Below, piece by piece: positions 26,888 through 35,749 of a stretch of 61,595 bases of DNA. The stretch is from the NCBI GenBank assembly GCA_002412825.1, contig DHVU01000005.1, forward strand, positions 1-61,595, in the 5' to 3' direction. A model generated the notes under the pieces. It saw nothing but the letters and a program-made list of their open reading frames with translations. It did not search any database and was not told the origin of the DNA. Position numbers and translations under genes: made by a program. The DNA is from Spirochaetaceae bacterium UBA5200. GTDB lineage: Bacteria; Spirochaetota; Spirochaetia; Treponematales; UBA12059. Numbering within the stretch: the first letter of the stretch is position 1; each line of letters opens with the position of its first letter.

Positions 26888-27480
26888 CAGGCTCCGGCAT
26901 AAGTAAAATTTTGGGTACTGTGAACGCTGGGAGGGGAACTATGGACGTACGGGGGGCGGGCGAGGCCAGGCTGGCCGAGCTCAAAGGGCAGCTTCTGTCG
27001 GTGCAGGGAACGCCGACGGAGGTGTACAGCCGCATCGTGGGCTACTACCGGTCGGTGCGCAATTGGAACGCGGGCAAGAGGGAGGAGTTCGGCAGGCGTA
27101 AGGAATATAGCTTTCCAAACGCGCAGCTTTGGGAAACCCCCTTGGCAAGCACTGGAGAATTAGAGGCGCGGAGCCCGAAGGCAGCCTTGCAGGCTGCGCC
27201 ACACGGCGCGAAAGCGCGCCCGGTCTCCTATCTGCTCTTTACCAGGCCCGGTTGCCATCAGTGTCCCCCCGTGCGGGAGTACATGGCGGGCACTCCGCTA
27301 TTAGGGCAGATCGTGGACGTGGACAGCGACGAGGGGCCCGACCTGGCGCGCGCATACGAGGTGATGGCTACGCCCACCGTCGTGCTCCTTGACGCCGACG
27401 GCGAAGAAGTGGCGCGCCTCTATACGCGCTCTCAGCTCGTGGCCTATATCGCGCCCGTCGCGGAAGCGAGCTACGCATAG
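26884..27480 (+). CDS. Glycyl-radical domain protein (NrdD C-terminal-like, EVYSRIVGYYRSVRNWNAGKREEF) fused to an NrdH/glutaredoxin-like redoxin domain (PGCHQC ... ATPTVVL)
   Basis: ATG 26884 overlaps the nrdD TGA (ATGA coupling). The RIVGY motif resembles the class III RNR glycyl-radical site, and the C-terminal CxxC thioredoxin-fold signature resembles NrdH CVQC. Confidence 0.6.
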   Translation: MTGSGISKILGTVNAGRGTMDVRGAGEARLAELKGQLLSVQGTPTEVYSRIVGYYRSVRNWNAGKREEFGRRKEYSFPNAQLWETPLASTGELEARSPKAALQAAPHGAKARPVSYLLFTRPGCHQCPPVREYMAGTPLLGQIVDVDSDEGPDLARAYEVMATPTVVLLDADGEEVARLYTRSQLVAYIAPVAEASYA

Positions 27481-27518
27481 AGCTTAGCGCACGGCCCGCG
27501 CCCCGCGCGGGCCTTCTT

Positions 27519-28238
27519 AAAACCAGCCTCATAGACTATCCGGGCAGAGTTAGCGCGGTCGCCTTCCTGCCCGGCTGTAACCTGCGCTGCCCTTACTGCC
27601 ATAATGCTGAACTCGTGCTCGAGCCCGACAGCTCGGGCCTCATGGAGTGGCCGCTGATACTCCGGCACCTGGAGCGCCGCCGCGGCCTCTTGTCCGGTTT
27701 GGTGCTTTCTGGGGGCGAACCCTGCCTGCAGCCGCGCTTGCCCGACATGGCCGCCGAGGCGCGCTCCCTGGGCTACGCGGTAAAGCTGGACACGAATGGC
27801 ACCCTACCCGCGGCCATAGCCCCCGTAGGCGCCGATTACATAGCTATGGACATAAAGTGCTCCCTGAGCCGCTATGGGCTCCTCTTAGGCCTACCCGCAA
27901 AGTACATTGTACCGGAAGCAGGCGTAAGCACGCCTTCAAGCGCTAGCTCGACGCTCGGGGCGGCCGTGGCTCAGAGCATGCGCATTATACGCGGCTTAGG
28001 CTGCGCCTACGAGTTTAGGATCACCTGCGCTCCGGGTATTTTCGGGCCAGAGGATGCGGAGGCTATATTGCCCTATATCGATAGCCGCGATACGATTTGG
28101 CTGCAGCCCTATAAGCCGGGCGCCGTGCTTGATCCGGTATGGGCGGCGAACGCGGGCGTGTATGAACCGGCGCTCATGGGCAAGCTGCTTGCGCTGCTGC
28201 GCCGGGCCGCGCCTAAAACCAGTATACGGGGCATGTAG
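27519..28238 (+). CDS. nrdG: Anaerobic RNR activating protein (radical SAM)
   Basis: KTSLIDYPGRVSAVAFLPGCNLRCPYCHN read in frame from 27519. No ATG/GTG/TTG exists in frame between the upstream stop at 27390 and the CX3CX2C motif (first Met codon is GTG at 27615), so the true start is undefined. Confidence 0.75.
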   Translation, partial: KTSLIDYPGRVSAVAFLPGCNLRCPYCHNAELVLEPDSSGLMEWPLILRHLERRRGLLSGLVLSGGEPCLQPRLPDMAAEARSLGYAVKLDTNGTLPAAIAPVGADYIAMDIKCSLSRYGLLLGLPAKYIVPEAGVSTPSSASSTLGAAVAQSMRIIRGLGCAYEFRITCAPGIFGPEDAEAILPYIDSRDTIWLQPYKPGAVLDPVWAANAGVYEPALMGKLLALLRRAAPKTSIRGM

Positions 28239-28284
28239 CGCATACGCGCTAGCGCCCGTATTTAAGCATCAAGGAGACGGCCGC

Positions 28285-31200
28285 ATGGAATCGGCTCTGC
28301 CAGACAGTTTTCATCCCCTGATACGCGCCTGGTTCGACGAGCGCTACGGGGCGGCTACCCCGGTGCAGAAAGAAGCCTGGCCCCGCATAGCCGCGGGCGA
28401 CCATGTGCTGGCCGGCGCGCCTACAGGCTCGGGCAAGACGCTTACCGCCTTTCTTGATGCTCTCTCCCGTTTCGCCGGCGGCCACGTGCCCGTCCGGGGC
28501 GTATCGCTGCTTTATGTATCCCCGCTCAAAGCATTAAACGAGGATATACGGCAGAACCTCATTGAGCCGCTCCGCGAGCTGAGCGCGTATTTTGCCGCTC
28601 ATGGCGAGTCCTTCCCGCGCGTGCGCGTCGCCACGCGCTCAGGCGACACCCCGCAGGCGGAGCGCAGGCGCATGCTAAGCGATCCTCCCTCCATACTGTG
28701 TACCACCCCGGAGAGCCTTTTCATACTTCTCTCTTCTAAAAGCGGCCTAGCCCTGCTTTCGGGTTTGCGCCTGGTAATCGTTGACGAAATACACGCCCTG
28801 CTTGGCTCCAAGCGGGGCACGAGCCTGGCTTCCTCGCTCGGCCGTCTCAGCCTGCTCTCAGGCGAATTTCAGCGCATAGGGCTATCGGCTACCCTGAAGA
28901 GTTTCGAGCCGGCCGCCCGCTTTCTGGCGGGGCGCCGCCTTATACGCGAAGCCGGCGGCGCGGCGCGATACGAGGCTAGGGCAGTGGCTGTGCTTGCCCC
29001 GCCGGCGGTTAAGCGTTATGAGCTTGAGGTGCTCTGGCCTTCTGCCCCTATCGCGTTACGAAGCGTGCCTCCGGAAGGCGAACACGACGCCGCTCCCTCC
29101 CGTTACGCTGCCATCGTACGCGACCTTGCGCGGCGTATGGGCGGGGAGCGCGGCGTACTGGCCTTTGCCGATTCCAGGCGCAGGGCGGAGCGCCTGGCGG
29201 CCATGCTCAACGAGGAGGCGGGCGAGGGGAGCGCCTGGGCCCATCACGGCTCGCTGTCCAAGGATGTGCGCAGGGCCGTTGAGCTGAGGCTAAAGGAAGG
29301 GCGCCTACCCTGCGTCGTCGCCACGAGCTCCCTTGAGCTGGGCATAGACATAGGCTCCATAGGGCTCGTCGCCCTGGCAGGCGCGCCTTCCCGCGCGGAC
29401 CAGGCCCTGCAGAGGCTCGGCCGTTCCGGCCACGGCGTGGGGCAGAGCAGCCGGGGCCTTTTATATCCCTTTCACGGCATGGACGCTCTGCAGGCAGCCG
29501 CCATAAGCGGAGCCGTGTTCGATAAAGAAGTCGACGAGCTTAGCCCGCCTGAATCGCCCCTCGATATGCTAGCGCAGATTATCCTGTCCATGCTGCTCTT
29601 CGAGCCGCGCGGGCCTCAAAAGCTCTATGAGGAGCTGCTTTCCTTTTCGCCTTATACGTCCCTGACCCGTCATGATTTCGACGCGGTCATAGCCATGCTC
29701 GCGGGCCGCTACGCCGATAGCCGGGTCAAGGAACTGTCGGCGCGTATATACCTCGACGAGGACGACGGCCTCCTCCATGCCCGAGAAGGCGCGGCTATGC
29801 TGCTCTATGGCGCCGGCGGCTCCATTCCGGACCGCGGCTACTACGCCCTGCGCCTTGCCGGCAGCGGGGCCAAGCTGGGCGAGCTCGACGAGGAATTCGT
29901 GTTCGAGCGCCGGGTGGGCAACAGCTTCTCGCTTGGCGCGCAGGCCTGGCGCATTACGAACATAAGCGACGAGGCCGTGGAGGTTACTCCCCTTGGTCGC
30001 GGAGCGGACTTCATGCCCTTCTGGAAGGCTGAAAAAGCATCGCGCGGCCGCTCTGTTGCCAGGCGCATGCTCGAGCTCTGCCAGCTGGTCCAGAGCGACC
30101 CTAGCGCCTTCGGCGTGCGCCTGCGCAAGGAGCTTGCCTTCGGCGACGAGGCCGCTTCTGCGCTGGAAGGCTTCCTGACGGCGCAAAAGCGCGCCCAGAA
30201 AGACGCGCGCCTGCCCTCTCCCTCATCCCTTACCCTGGAGCTGCACCGCGACCCCGACAAGCGCCAGGACGCCGTCGTGGCCTTCATCCACACCCTGCGC
30301 GGGCTTTCGGTAAACGAGCCATTGGGCATAGCCCTCTCCGCCCGCATAGCGGACGAGCTAGGCCTGGGCATAGAGCGGCTGGCAAACGACGATTCTATAT
30401 ATCTGCTGTTACCCCTATCGGACCTTGGCGAGGCGCGCTCGCTCGTCGAGCGTTCCCTGACTGGCCTGGGAAACGGAACCGCGCTCATGGATGGGCTGCG
30501 CTCTGGCCTGGAGGCCAGCGGGGCCTTCGGGGCGGCTTTCAGGGAAAACGCGGGCAGGGCCCTGCTTTTACCGCGCTCGGGCTTTAAGAAACGCAGTCCC
30601 CTCTGGATAACGCGCCTTCGCGCAAAGCGCCTCTTCGAGCGGGTGCGCGGCTTTGAGGATTTTCCTATCGTCAAGGAGAGCTGGAAGAGCATGCTCTACG
30701 AGCGTTTCGACCTTGAGCGCTTAGGCGAGCTCTGCCGCGGGCTCGGCGACGGCAGCGTCGGGATAGAGGCCTTTACCAGCGTAGTGCCGAGCCCCTTCGC
30801 CGAAGGCTCGGGCTGGGCCGAGACCAACCGCTATCTGTATGAGGGCGACGAACTGCGCGCGGGGCAGTCCGGTTTTGCCGCGGCTTCGCGTACTGGCGGG
30901 CCTAGCTCGGCCGGCTCGCCCGTTAGCGCCGGCGATCGCGCCATAGAGGCGGCTCTTGGCGACGCGAGGCTCAGGCCCCTCGTGCCCAAGCTGCTCTATG
31001 ATCGCTTTATGCGCCGCTTCCTGCGCGAGGAGCCGGGCTGGGCTCCTGAGAGCGTCCCCGCTCTGTTGGATTGGGTGGACGAGCGCGTATTCATACCGCG
31101 CGACGAATGGGATGCCTTGCTAAGGGCCTGCCCGCAAGAATTGGCGGACGCCGCCGTTCTCCTCGTCGCCGAGGGCAAGAAGCTTGTGCGCGTGAGCCTG

Positions 31201-32715
31201 GAAGGCTCCTCTATGGAGCTTATAAGCCCGCAGAGCCGCGCCGCCGGGCTTAAGGCCGACCCCGGCGCCTTCCTTGCCGATTGGCTGCGCTCCTCTGGGC
31301 CTGTGTCCCTTGCGCGGCTCCATGCCCTGTTCGGCCTGGCCGCCGATGAGCTGCGCTCGCTCGCCCAGGCCTTGCATGAGGGCGGTTCGGCGCTGTACGA
31401 CGAGGCGGGCATAGCCGTGGAAGCCAGGACGGCCGAGCCCACGCTCTGCGACCGGGACGCGCTGGAAGCGCTCCTGCGTTCGGTGCGCAAGGCTTCCCGC
31501 CCGGATATGCTTCCACGGCCCCCAGGCAGCCTCGCTTCCTTCCTGGCAGCCATGCAGGGCCTAGGTTCCGACCAGCCCGTACCAAGGCTCAGCGACGCGC
31601 TCCACGCCTTGAGCGGCTATCCCCTGCCTGTCGAGCTCTGGGAGCGGGATATACTGCCCGCCCGGATTCCCCATTATAAAGCGGCGGAGCTGGATGCCCT
31701 GCTGGCTTCCGGCGCCTTCCTCTGGTTCGGGGCAAAGGCAGGCAGCGGCAGTTCGGTGGCCTTCTGCCCGGCGGACGAGTGGGAGCTCTTCGGCGCCGGC
31801 AAGGAAAGCGCCTTAATCCAGCCGGGCTCCATGCCACTGGATTTCTGGGCCATTAAGCTTGGCTGGGACGGCGATATGGCCGGCCTCGTGCATGCACTGT
31901 GGGCGGAGGCCGATAAGGGAGCTATAAGCGCGGACAGTTTCGATCCCTGGCGCACGCGCGCACAGGTACGGCCCGTTCCGGAGCCAAGCGCTTCAGGCGC
32001 TATGCGCCGCGGCCGCGTGCCCGCCGCGCTGCGTGGACGCTGGAAGGCCGGCCCTCCGCTGACGGGGCGCTGGTTTTCCCTGGAACTGGATGATCTTGAT
32101 AGCGATGAGGCGGATGAACTGGATATGGCCTCAGCGCGCGTGCGCGTGCTCGCGCGCCGCTATGGCGTGCTTTCACGCGCTCTCCTGGAGCACGAACTTC
32201 CTTCTTGCCGCTGGCAGGCGCTCTTCCCCGCGCTGCGCCGCCTCGAACTGGCGGGCGAACTGGTAGCAGGCCGCTTCTTCGAGGAGCTAGAAGGCGTGCA
32301 GTTCCTGAGCCAGGAGGCCTTTGCGCGCTTTTCGTCGGGGGCCTCCGCAACCGGTATATGGAGCATCTCAGCCCAGGATCCGGCCAGCCCGGCCGGGCTT
32401 TACGCGCCTGGCCGCCAGCCGCCCGGCTATGAGGGGCTGCCCGCGCGATCTCGGCGTAACCATGTGGCCTTTAGGGGCGGCGAGCTGGCCTGGACGGCTC
32501 AGGCAAGCTTCCGCGAACTCAGGGTGTTCGTATCGCCGGACGACCCGGAACTGTCCGCTCTGTTGAGCGCCATAACGCGCTTCAGGCAGGGCGGCGGCTC
32601 GTCCTCCCTCATTATCAGGACGATAAACGAGCTCAGGGCCGTCGACTCGCCCTACGCGGGCGCGCTTGAGCGCCTGGGCTTCGAGCGTGACCGGGGCAGC
32701 CTGCGTCTTTGGTAG
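28285..32715 (+). CDS. lhr: Lhr-like large ATP-dependent helicase
   Basis: About 1476 aa; Walker A GAPTGSGKTLTAF, DEIH box (LVIVDEIHALLG), helicase C domain and long Lhr C-terminal extension. Start at MESALP with AAGGAG RBS. Confidence 0.85.
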   Translation: MESALPDSFHPLIRAWFDERYGAATPVQKEAWPRIAAGDHVLAGAPTGSGKTLTAFLDALSRFAGGHVPVRGVSLLYVSPLKALNEDIRQNLIEPLRELSAYFAAHGESFPRVRVATRSGDTPQAERRRMLSDPPSILCTTPESLFILLSSKSGLALLSGLRLVIVDEIHALLGSKRGTSLASSLGRLSLLSGEFQRIGLSATLKSFEPAARFLAGRRLIREAGGAARYEARAVAVLAPPAVKRYELEVLWPSAPIALRSVPPEGEHDAAPSRYAAIVRDLARRMGGERGVLAFADSRRRAERLAAMLNEEAGEGSAWAHHGSLSKDVRRAVELRLKEGRLPCVVATSSLELGIDIGSIGLVALAGAPSRADQALQRLGRSGHGVGQSSRGLLYPFHGMDALQAAAISGAVFDKEVDELSPPESPLDMLAQIILSMLLFEPRGPQKLYEELLSFSPYTSLTRHDFDAVIAMLAGRYADSRVKELSARIYLDEDDGLLHAREGAAMLLYGAGGSIPDRGYYALRLAGSGAKLGELDEEFVFERRVGNSFSLGAQAWRITNISDEAVEVTPLGRGADFMPFWKAEKASRGRSVARRMLELCQLVQSDPSAFGVRLRKELAFGDEAASALEGFLTAQKRAQKDARLPSPSSLTLELHRDPDKRQDAVVAFIHTLRGLSVNEPLGIALSARIADELGLGIERLANDDSIYLLLPLSDLGEARSLVERSLTGLGNGTALMDGLRSGLEASGAFGAAFRENAGRALLLPRSGFKKRSPLWITRLRAKRLFERVRGFEDFPIVKESWKSMLYERFDLERLGELCRGLGDGSVGIEAFTSVVPSPFAEGSGWAETNRYLYEGDELRAGQSGFAAASRTGGPSSAGSPVSAGDRAIEAALGDARLRPLVPKLLYDRFMRRFLREEPGWAPESVPALLDWVDERVFIPRDEWDALLRACPQELADAAVLLVAEGKKLVRVSLEGSSMELISPQSRAAGLKADPGAFLADWLRSSGPVSLARLHALFGLAADELRSLAQALHEGGSALYDEAGIAVEARTAEPTLCDRDALEALLRSVRKASRPDMLPRPPGSLASFLAAMQGLGSDQPVPRLSDALHALSGYPLPVELWERDILPARIPHYKAAELDALLASGAFLWFGAKAGSGSSVAFCPADEWELFGAGKESALIQPGSMPLDFWAIKLGWDGDMAGLVHALWAEADKGAISADSFDPWRTRAQVRPVPEPSASGAMRRGRVPAALRGRWKAGPPLTGRWFSLELDDLDSDEADELDMASARVRVLARRYGVLSRALLEHELPSCRWQALFPALRRLELAGELVAGRFFEELEGVQFLSQEAFARFSSGASATGIWSISAQDPASPAGLYAPGRQPPGYEGLPARSRRNHVAFRGGELAWTAQASFRELRVFVSPDDPELSALLSAITRFRQGGGSSSLIIRTINELRAVDSPYAGALERLGFERDRGSLRLW

Positions 32716-32737
32716 CCTTGGGCCTGGGCCTTGACCA

Positions 32738-32766
32738 GTTTTTAATAATCTTATACATTACAAAAT
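32738..32766 (+). promoter_or_regulatory. Candidate rpsD promoter (TTGACC, 17 nt, TACATT)
   Basis: Hexamers read directly in an AT-rich spacer. Confidence 0.3.
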
Positions 32767-32791
32767 AACTAATGAAACGGAGTTGAAAGCG

Positions 32792-33409
32792 ATGACCAAG
32801 AACGGAACGCCGCGCGGCAGGATAGTGCGCAGGCTCGGCGTCAATATTTTCGGCAATCCTAAATACGATGCGCTGCTCGCTAGGAAGCCCGCGGCGCCTG
32901 GTAAGGCCCCTAAGAGCCGGGCGGGCAAGAAGAGCGAGTACGCGCTGCAGTTGGCAGAGAAGCAAAAGTACCGCGACGCCTACGGCCTTGGCGAGCGGCA
33001 ATTTCGAAACCTGTACCTACAAGCCTCACGCAGCGAAGGCTCCACCGGCGAGGCTCTGCTCATAGCGCTTGAGTCTCGCCTAGACAATATCGTATACCGG
33101 CTGGGCTGGGCGCCTTCGCGGCCCGCGGCTAGACAGCTCGTCACGCATGGGCTTTTAGCGATAAACGGTAAGCGTCTGGACAAACCGGCGGCGGCGCTCA
33201 AGCCCGGCGACGAGCTGGAGCTTACGGCTGGCGGGGCCCTCGTGGAGAGGATGGCCTCGCTTGCCCCCCGCTGGCCGGCAGGTCCCTCGTGGCTCGAGAA
33301 ACGGGAAGGGCAGGAGCGGCCCGCAGCCCGCGTCCTCAGTAAGCCTAACGCCGATGAAGTATTCATACGGGGTGATATACGCCGGGTCGTCGAGTACTAC
33401 GCCCGGTAG
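32792..33409 (+). CDS. rpsD: 30S ribosomal protein S4
   Basis: N-terminal PRGRIVRRLG...KYD..L and S4 RNA-binding domain; about 205 aa. Confidence 0.9.
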   Translation: MTKNGTPRGRIVRRLGVNIFGNPKYDALLARKPAAPGKAPKSRAGKKSEYALQLAEKQKYRDAYGLGERQFRNLYLQASRSEGSTGEALLIALESRLDNIVYRLGWAPSRPAARQLVTHGLLAINGKRLDKPAAALKPGDELELTAGGALVERMASLAPRWPAGPSWLEKREGQERPAARVLSKPNADEVFIRGDIRRVVEYYAR

Positions 33410-33410
33410 G

Positions 33411-33439
33411 AAAAAAAAAAGCCGCCCGGATAGGCGGCT
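33411..33439 (-). terminator. Intrinsic terminator of the EF-G gene (hairpin GCCGCC-CGGATA-GGCGGC followed by T10 on the minus strand), abutting the rpsD stop
   Basis: Plus-strand A10 then GC hairpin read directly. Confidence 0.65.
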
Positions 33440-33459
33440 CAAGGGGTTCCTTTAAACGG

Positions 33460-35547
33460 CTAGTCTTCTTCTTCCTCATGGGTCTTGAATGCCGCGGCCG
33501 CTTTTATTACGTCTTCGGCTATCTTACCGGATATGGGCGCGTAGTGGTCGAATTCCACTTCGAAGCCGCCGGTGCCGCTGGTCATGGCCCGCAGGTCGAT
33601 GGAGTAGCGCAGGAGCTCTGCGTGCGGAACCTCTGCCTTGATTTCCACGATGCCGCCTCCGACGGGCTGCTGGCCTGATATGCGGCCCCGCCTGCCGGAA
33701 AGGTCGGACATGACGTCGCCTAGGTATTTGTCCTCTACGAATACGGTGAGGGCGTTTACCGGCTCTAGGAGGGTGGGGCCGGCATTCTTGCAGGCTTCCT
33801 TGAAAGCGCCGCGGGCTGCTATCTTAAAGGCCATTTCGGAGGAGTCCACGGGATGCTCTTTGCCGTCCATAAGGTTGGACTTCACGTCCACCACGGGGTA
33901 GCCGGCTATGATGCCGGATTCCATGGCCTGATGTATGCCCTTCTCTATGCCGGGCACGAAGCCCTTGGATACCGAGCCGCCGAATACCTTATTCTCAAAC
34001 GCGTAGCCCTCGCCTCGGGTGCGCGGCTCCACCTCAAGTACGACCTTGCCGTACTGGCCATGGCCGCCTGACTGCTTCTTATGCGTGTGCTCGCCGCCTG
34101 CCTTCTTGGTTATGGTCTCGCGGTAGGCCACGCGGGGAACGCGGGTCTCCACCGCTATCTTGGCGCTGTGCTTGATCTTGTCCAGTATCATGTTCAGGTG
34201 TAGCTCGCCCATGCCCGCGATGACCGTTTCCTTAGTCTCGGAGTTGAAGCGAACGCTGAAGGTGTAGTCTTCCTCGGCTGCCTTGTGCAGGAGTTCGGAC
34301 AGCTTGTCCTCTTCCTTTTTAGAGGTGGCGGTTATGGCCACGGCATGCACGGGCTGGGGCAGGCGCAGGGGCAGGAACTGCTCGCTGCGTTCGGGAGCTC
34401 CTATGGTGTCGTTGGTTCGAAGCGTGGGGCTCTTGGCTATGATGCCTATATCGCCCGCGTACAGCTCTTTTACGTCCTCAAGCTTCTTGCCCAAGGCGGT
34501 ATAGAGCTTAGAGGGGCGTTCCTTCTTTTGGTCGCTCATGTTCACGTAGTCGGTATCGGTACCGAGCTTTCCGCATATTACCTTGACGAAGGAGAGCTTG
34601 CCAGAGAACTGGTCTATCTGGGTCTTGATGATCATGCCGGCAAGCGGGGCGGCCGGATCTACGTTGATGAAGGCGTCGCTGCCCTTTACGCTTTCCTTGG
34701 CATGGTCGTGGGGACTGGGCGCGATAGCCGCAAAGAAGTCCAGCAGCGCCAGCATGCCCGAATTCTTGAGCGCGGAACCGGCGAATACCGGTATAACGCG
34801 GTTGCCAGCAAGAGCCTCGGCTAAGCCTTTGACGATTTCTTCCTGGGAGAGTTCGCCTTCGGAGAGGTACTTCTCCATGAGCTCGTCGTCGCCCTCGGCG
34901 GCGGCTTCGGACAGGGCTGCCCTGGCTTCGGCCATGGCTGCCGTAAATTCTGCCGGAACGTCGGAGGAGCTTTCTTTTTGGTCGTGGCTGGCGGGTACGC
35001 CATAGGCTTTTTGGTTTAGTACGTCTATGACGCCCTTGTAGCCGGCGGCTTCGCCCATGGGTATGGTAACGGGCACGAAATTGCCCTTGAATTTATCCTT
35101 TAGGTCGGCAAGGGCGTTCTGGAAGGGGGCGCGTTCCTCATCAAGCTTATTGATGAACACCATGCGCGGCTTCTTCCTGACGTCCAGGTTTCTCCAGGTC
35201 TTTATGGTCTCGATCTGCACGCCTGAACGGGCATCCATTAACACCAGGGTGGATTCGCAGGCGCGCAACGCGAGTATCACCTCGCCTACGAAGTCCGAGG
35301 ATCCGGGGGTGTCTATGATATTGATTTTCTTGTCGCCCCAGGCTATGCGGGCCAAGGCCGCGTGGACGGAAATCTTGCGCTCGATTTCTTCCTCGTTGTA
35401 ATCGCTGACCGTCTTGCCTGATTCAACTAATTCTGGCTTCGCTATCGCGCCGGCGCTGAATAGGATGTGCTCAAGCAGAGTAGTCTTTCCCGTACTGCCG
35501 TGGCCGGCGAGCGCCACGTTCCTTATGAGGTCGGTCGTGTAGGCCAT
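33460..35547 (-). CDS. Elongation factor G family GTPase (EF-G paralog)
   Basis: G1 AGHGSTGKTT, G3 DTPG, G4 NKLD and domains II-V; 695 aa; RBS AAGGAG. Confidence 0.9.
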   Translation of the reverse strand: MAYTTDLIRNVALAGHGSTGKTTLLEHILFSAGAIAKPELVESGKTVSDYNEEEIERKISVHAALARIAWGDKKINIIDTPGSSDFVGEVILALRACESTLVLMDARSGVQIETIKTWRNLDVRKKPRMVFINKLDEERAPFQNALADLKDKFKGNFVPVTIPMGEAAGYKGVIDVLNQKAYGVPASHDQKESSSDVPAEFTAAMAEARAALSEAAAEGDDELMEKYLSEGELSQEEIVKGLAEALAGNRVIPVFAGSALKNSGMLALLDFFAAIAPSPHDHAKESVKGSDAFINVDPAAPLAGMIIKTQIDQFSGKLSFVKVICGKLGTDTDYVNMSDQKKERPSKLYTALGKKLEDVKELYAGDIGIIAKSPTLRTNDTIGAPERSEQFLPLRLPQPVHAVAITATSKKEEDKLSELLHKAAEEDYTFSVRFNSETKETVIAGMGELHLNMILDKIKHSAKIAVETRVPRVAYRETITKKAGGEHTHKKQSGGHGQYGKVVLEVEPRTRGEGYAFENKVFGGSVSKGFVPGIEKGIHQAMESGIIAGYPVVDVKSNLMDGKEHPVDSSEMAFKIAARGAFKEACKNAGPTLLEPVNALTVFVEDKYLGDVMSDLSGRRGRISGQQPVGGGIVEIKAEVPHAELLRYSIDLRAMTSGTGGFEVEFDHYAPISGKIAEDVIKAAAAFKTHEEEED

Positions 35548-35749
35548 GAACGTGCTCCTTATGATATTTGCGAAAGTCCGTCGCGTCGCCGCTCGGGCGG
35601 GGCCGGGCTTCCTACGGCACAGTGGAACTGTAACGTACTATGGTAAAGAGATAATAAGTCCTTGTTTTTAGACTTGTCAACAAAAACCTGCCGTTATCGG
35701 CCTAGCCCGCCCTTTGCGCTTGCCATGCCCAGCCTGAACTGGTAAAACG

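Noticed and set aside
28054-28284. N-terminal 77-aa extension of the Lhr ORF (overlapping the nrdG 3' end)
   Set aside because: The conserved Lhr N-terminus begins at MESALPDSFHPLIRAWF, preceded by an AAGGAG RBS. The extension is Arg/Cys-rich, unconserved-looking, and overlaps nrdG.
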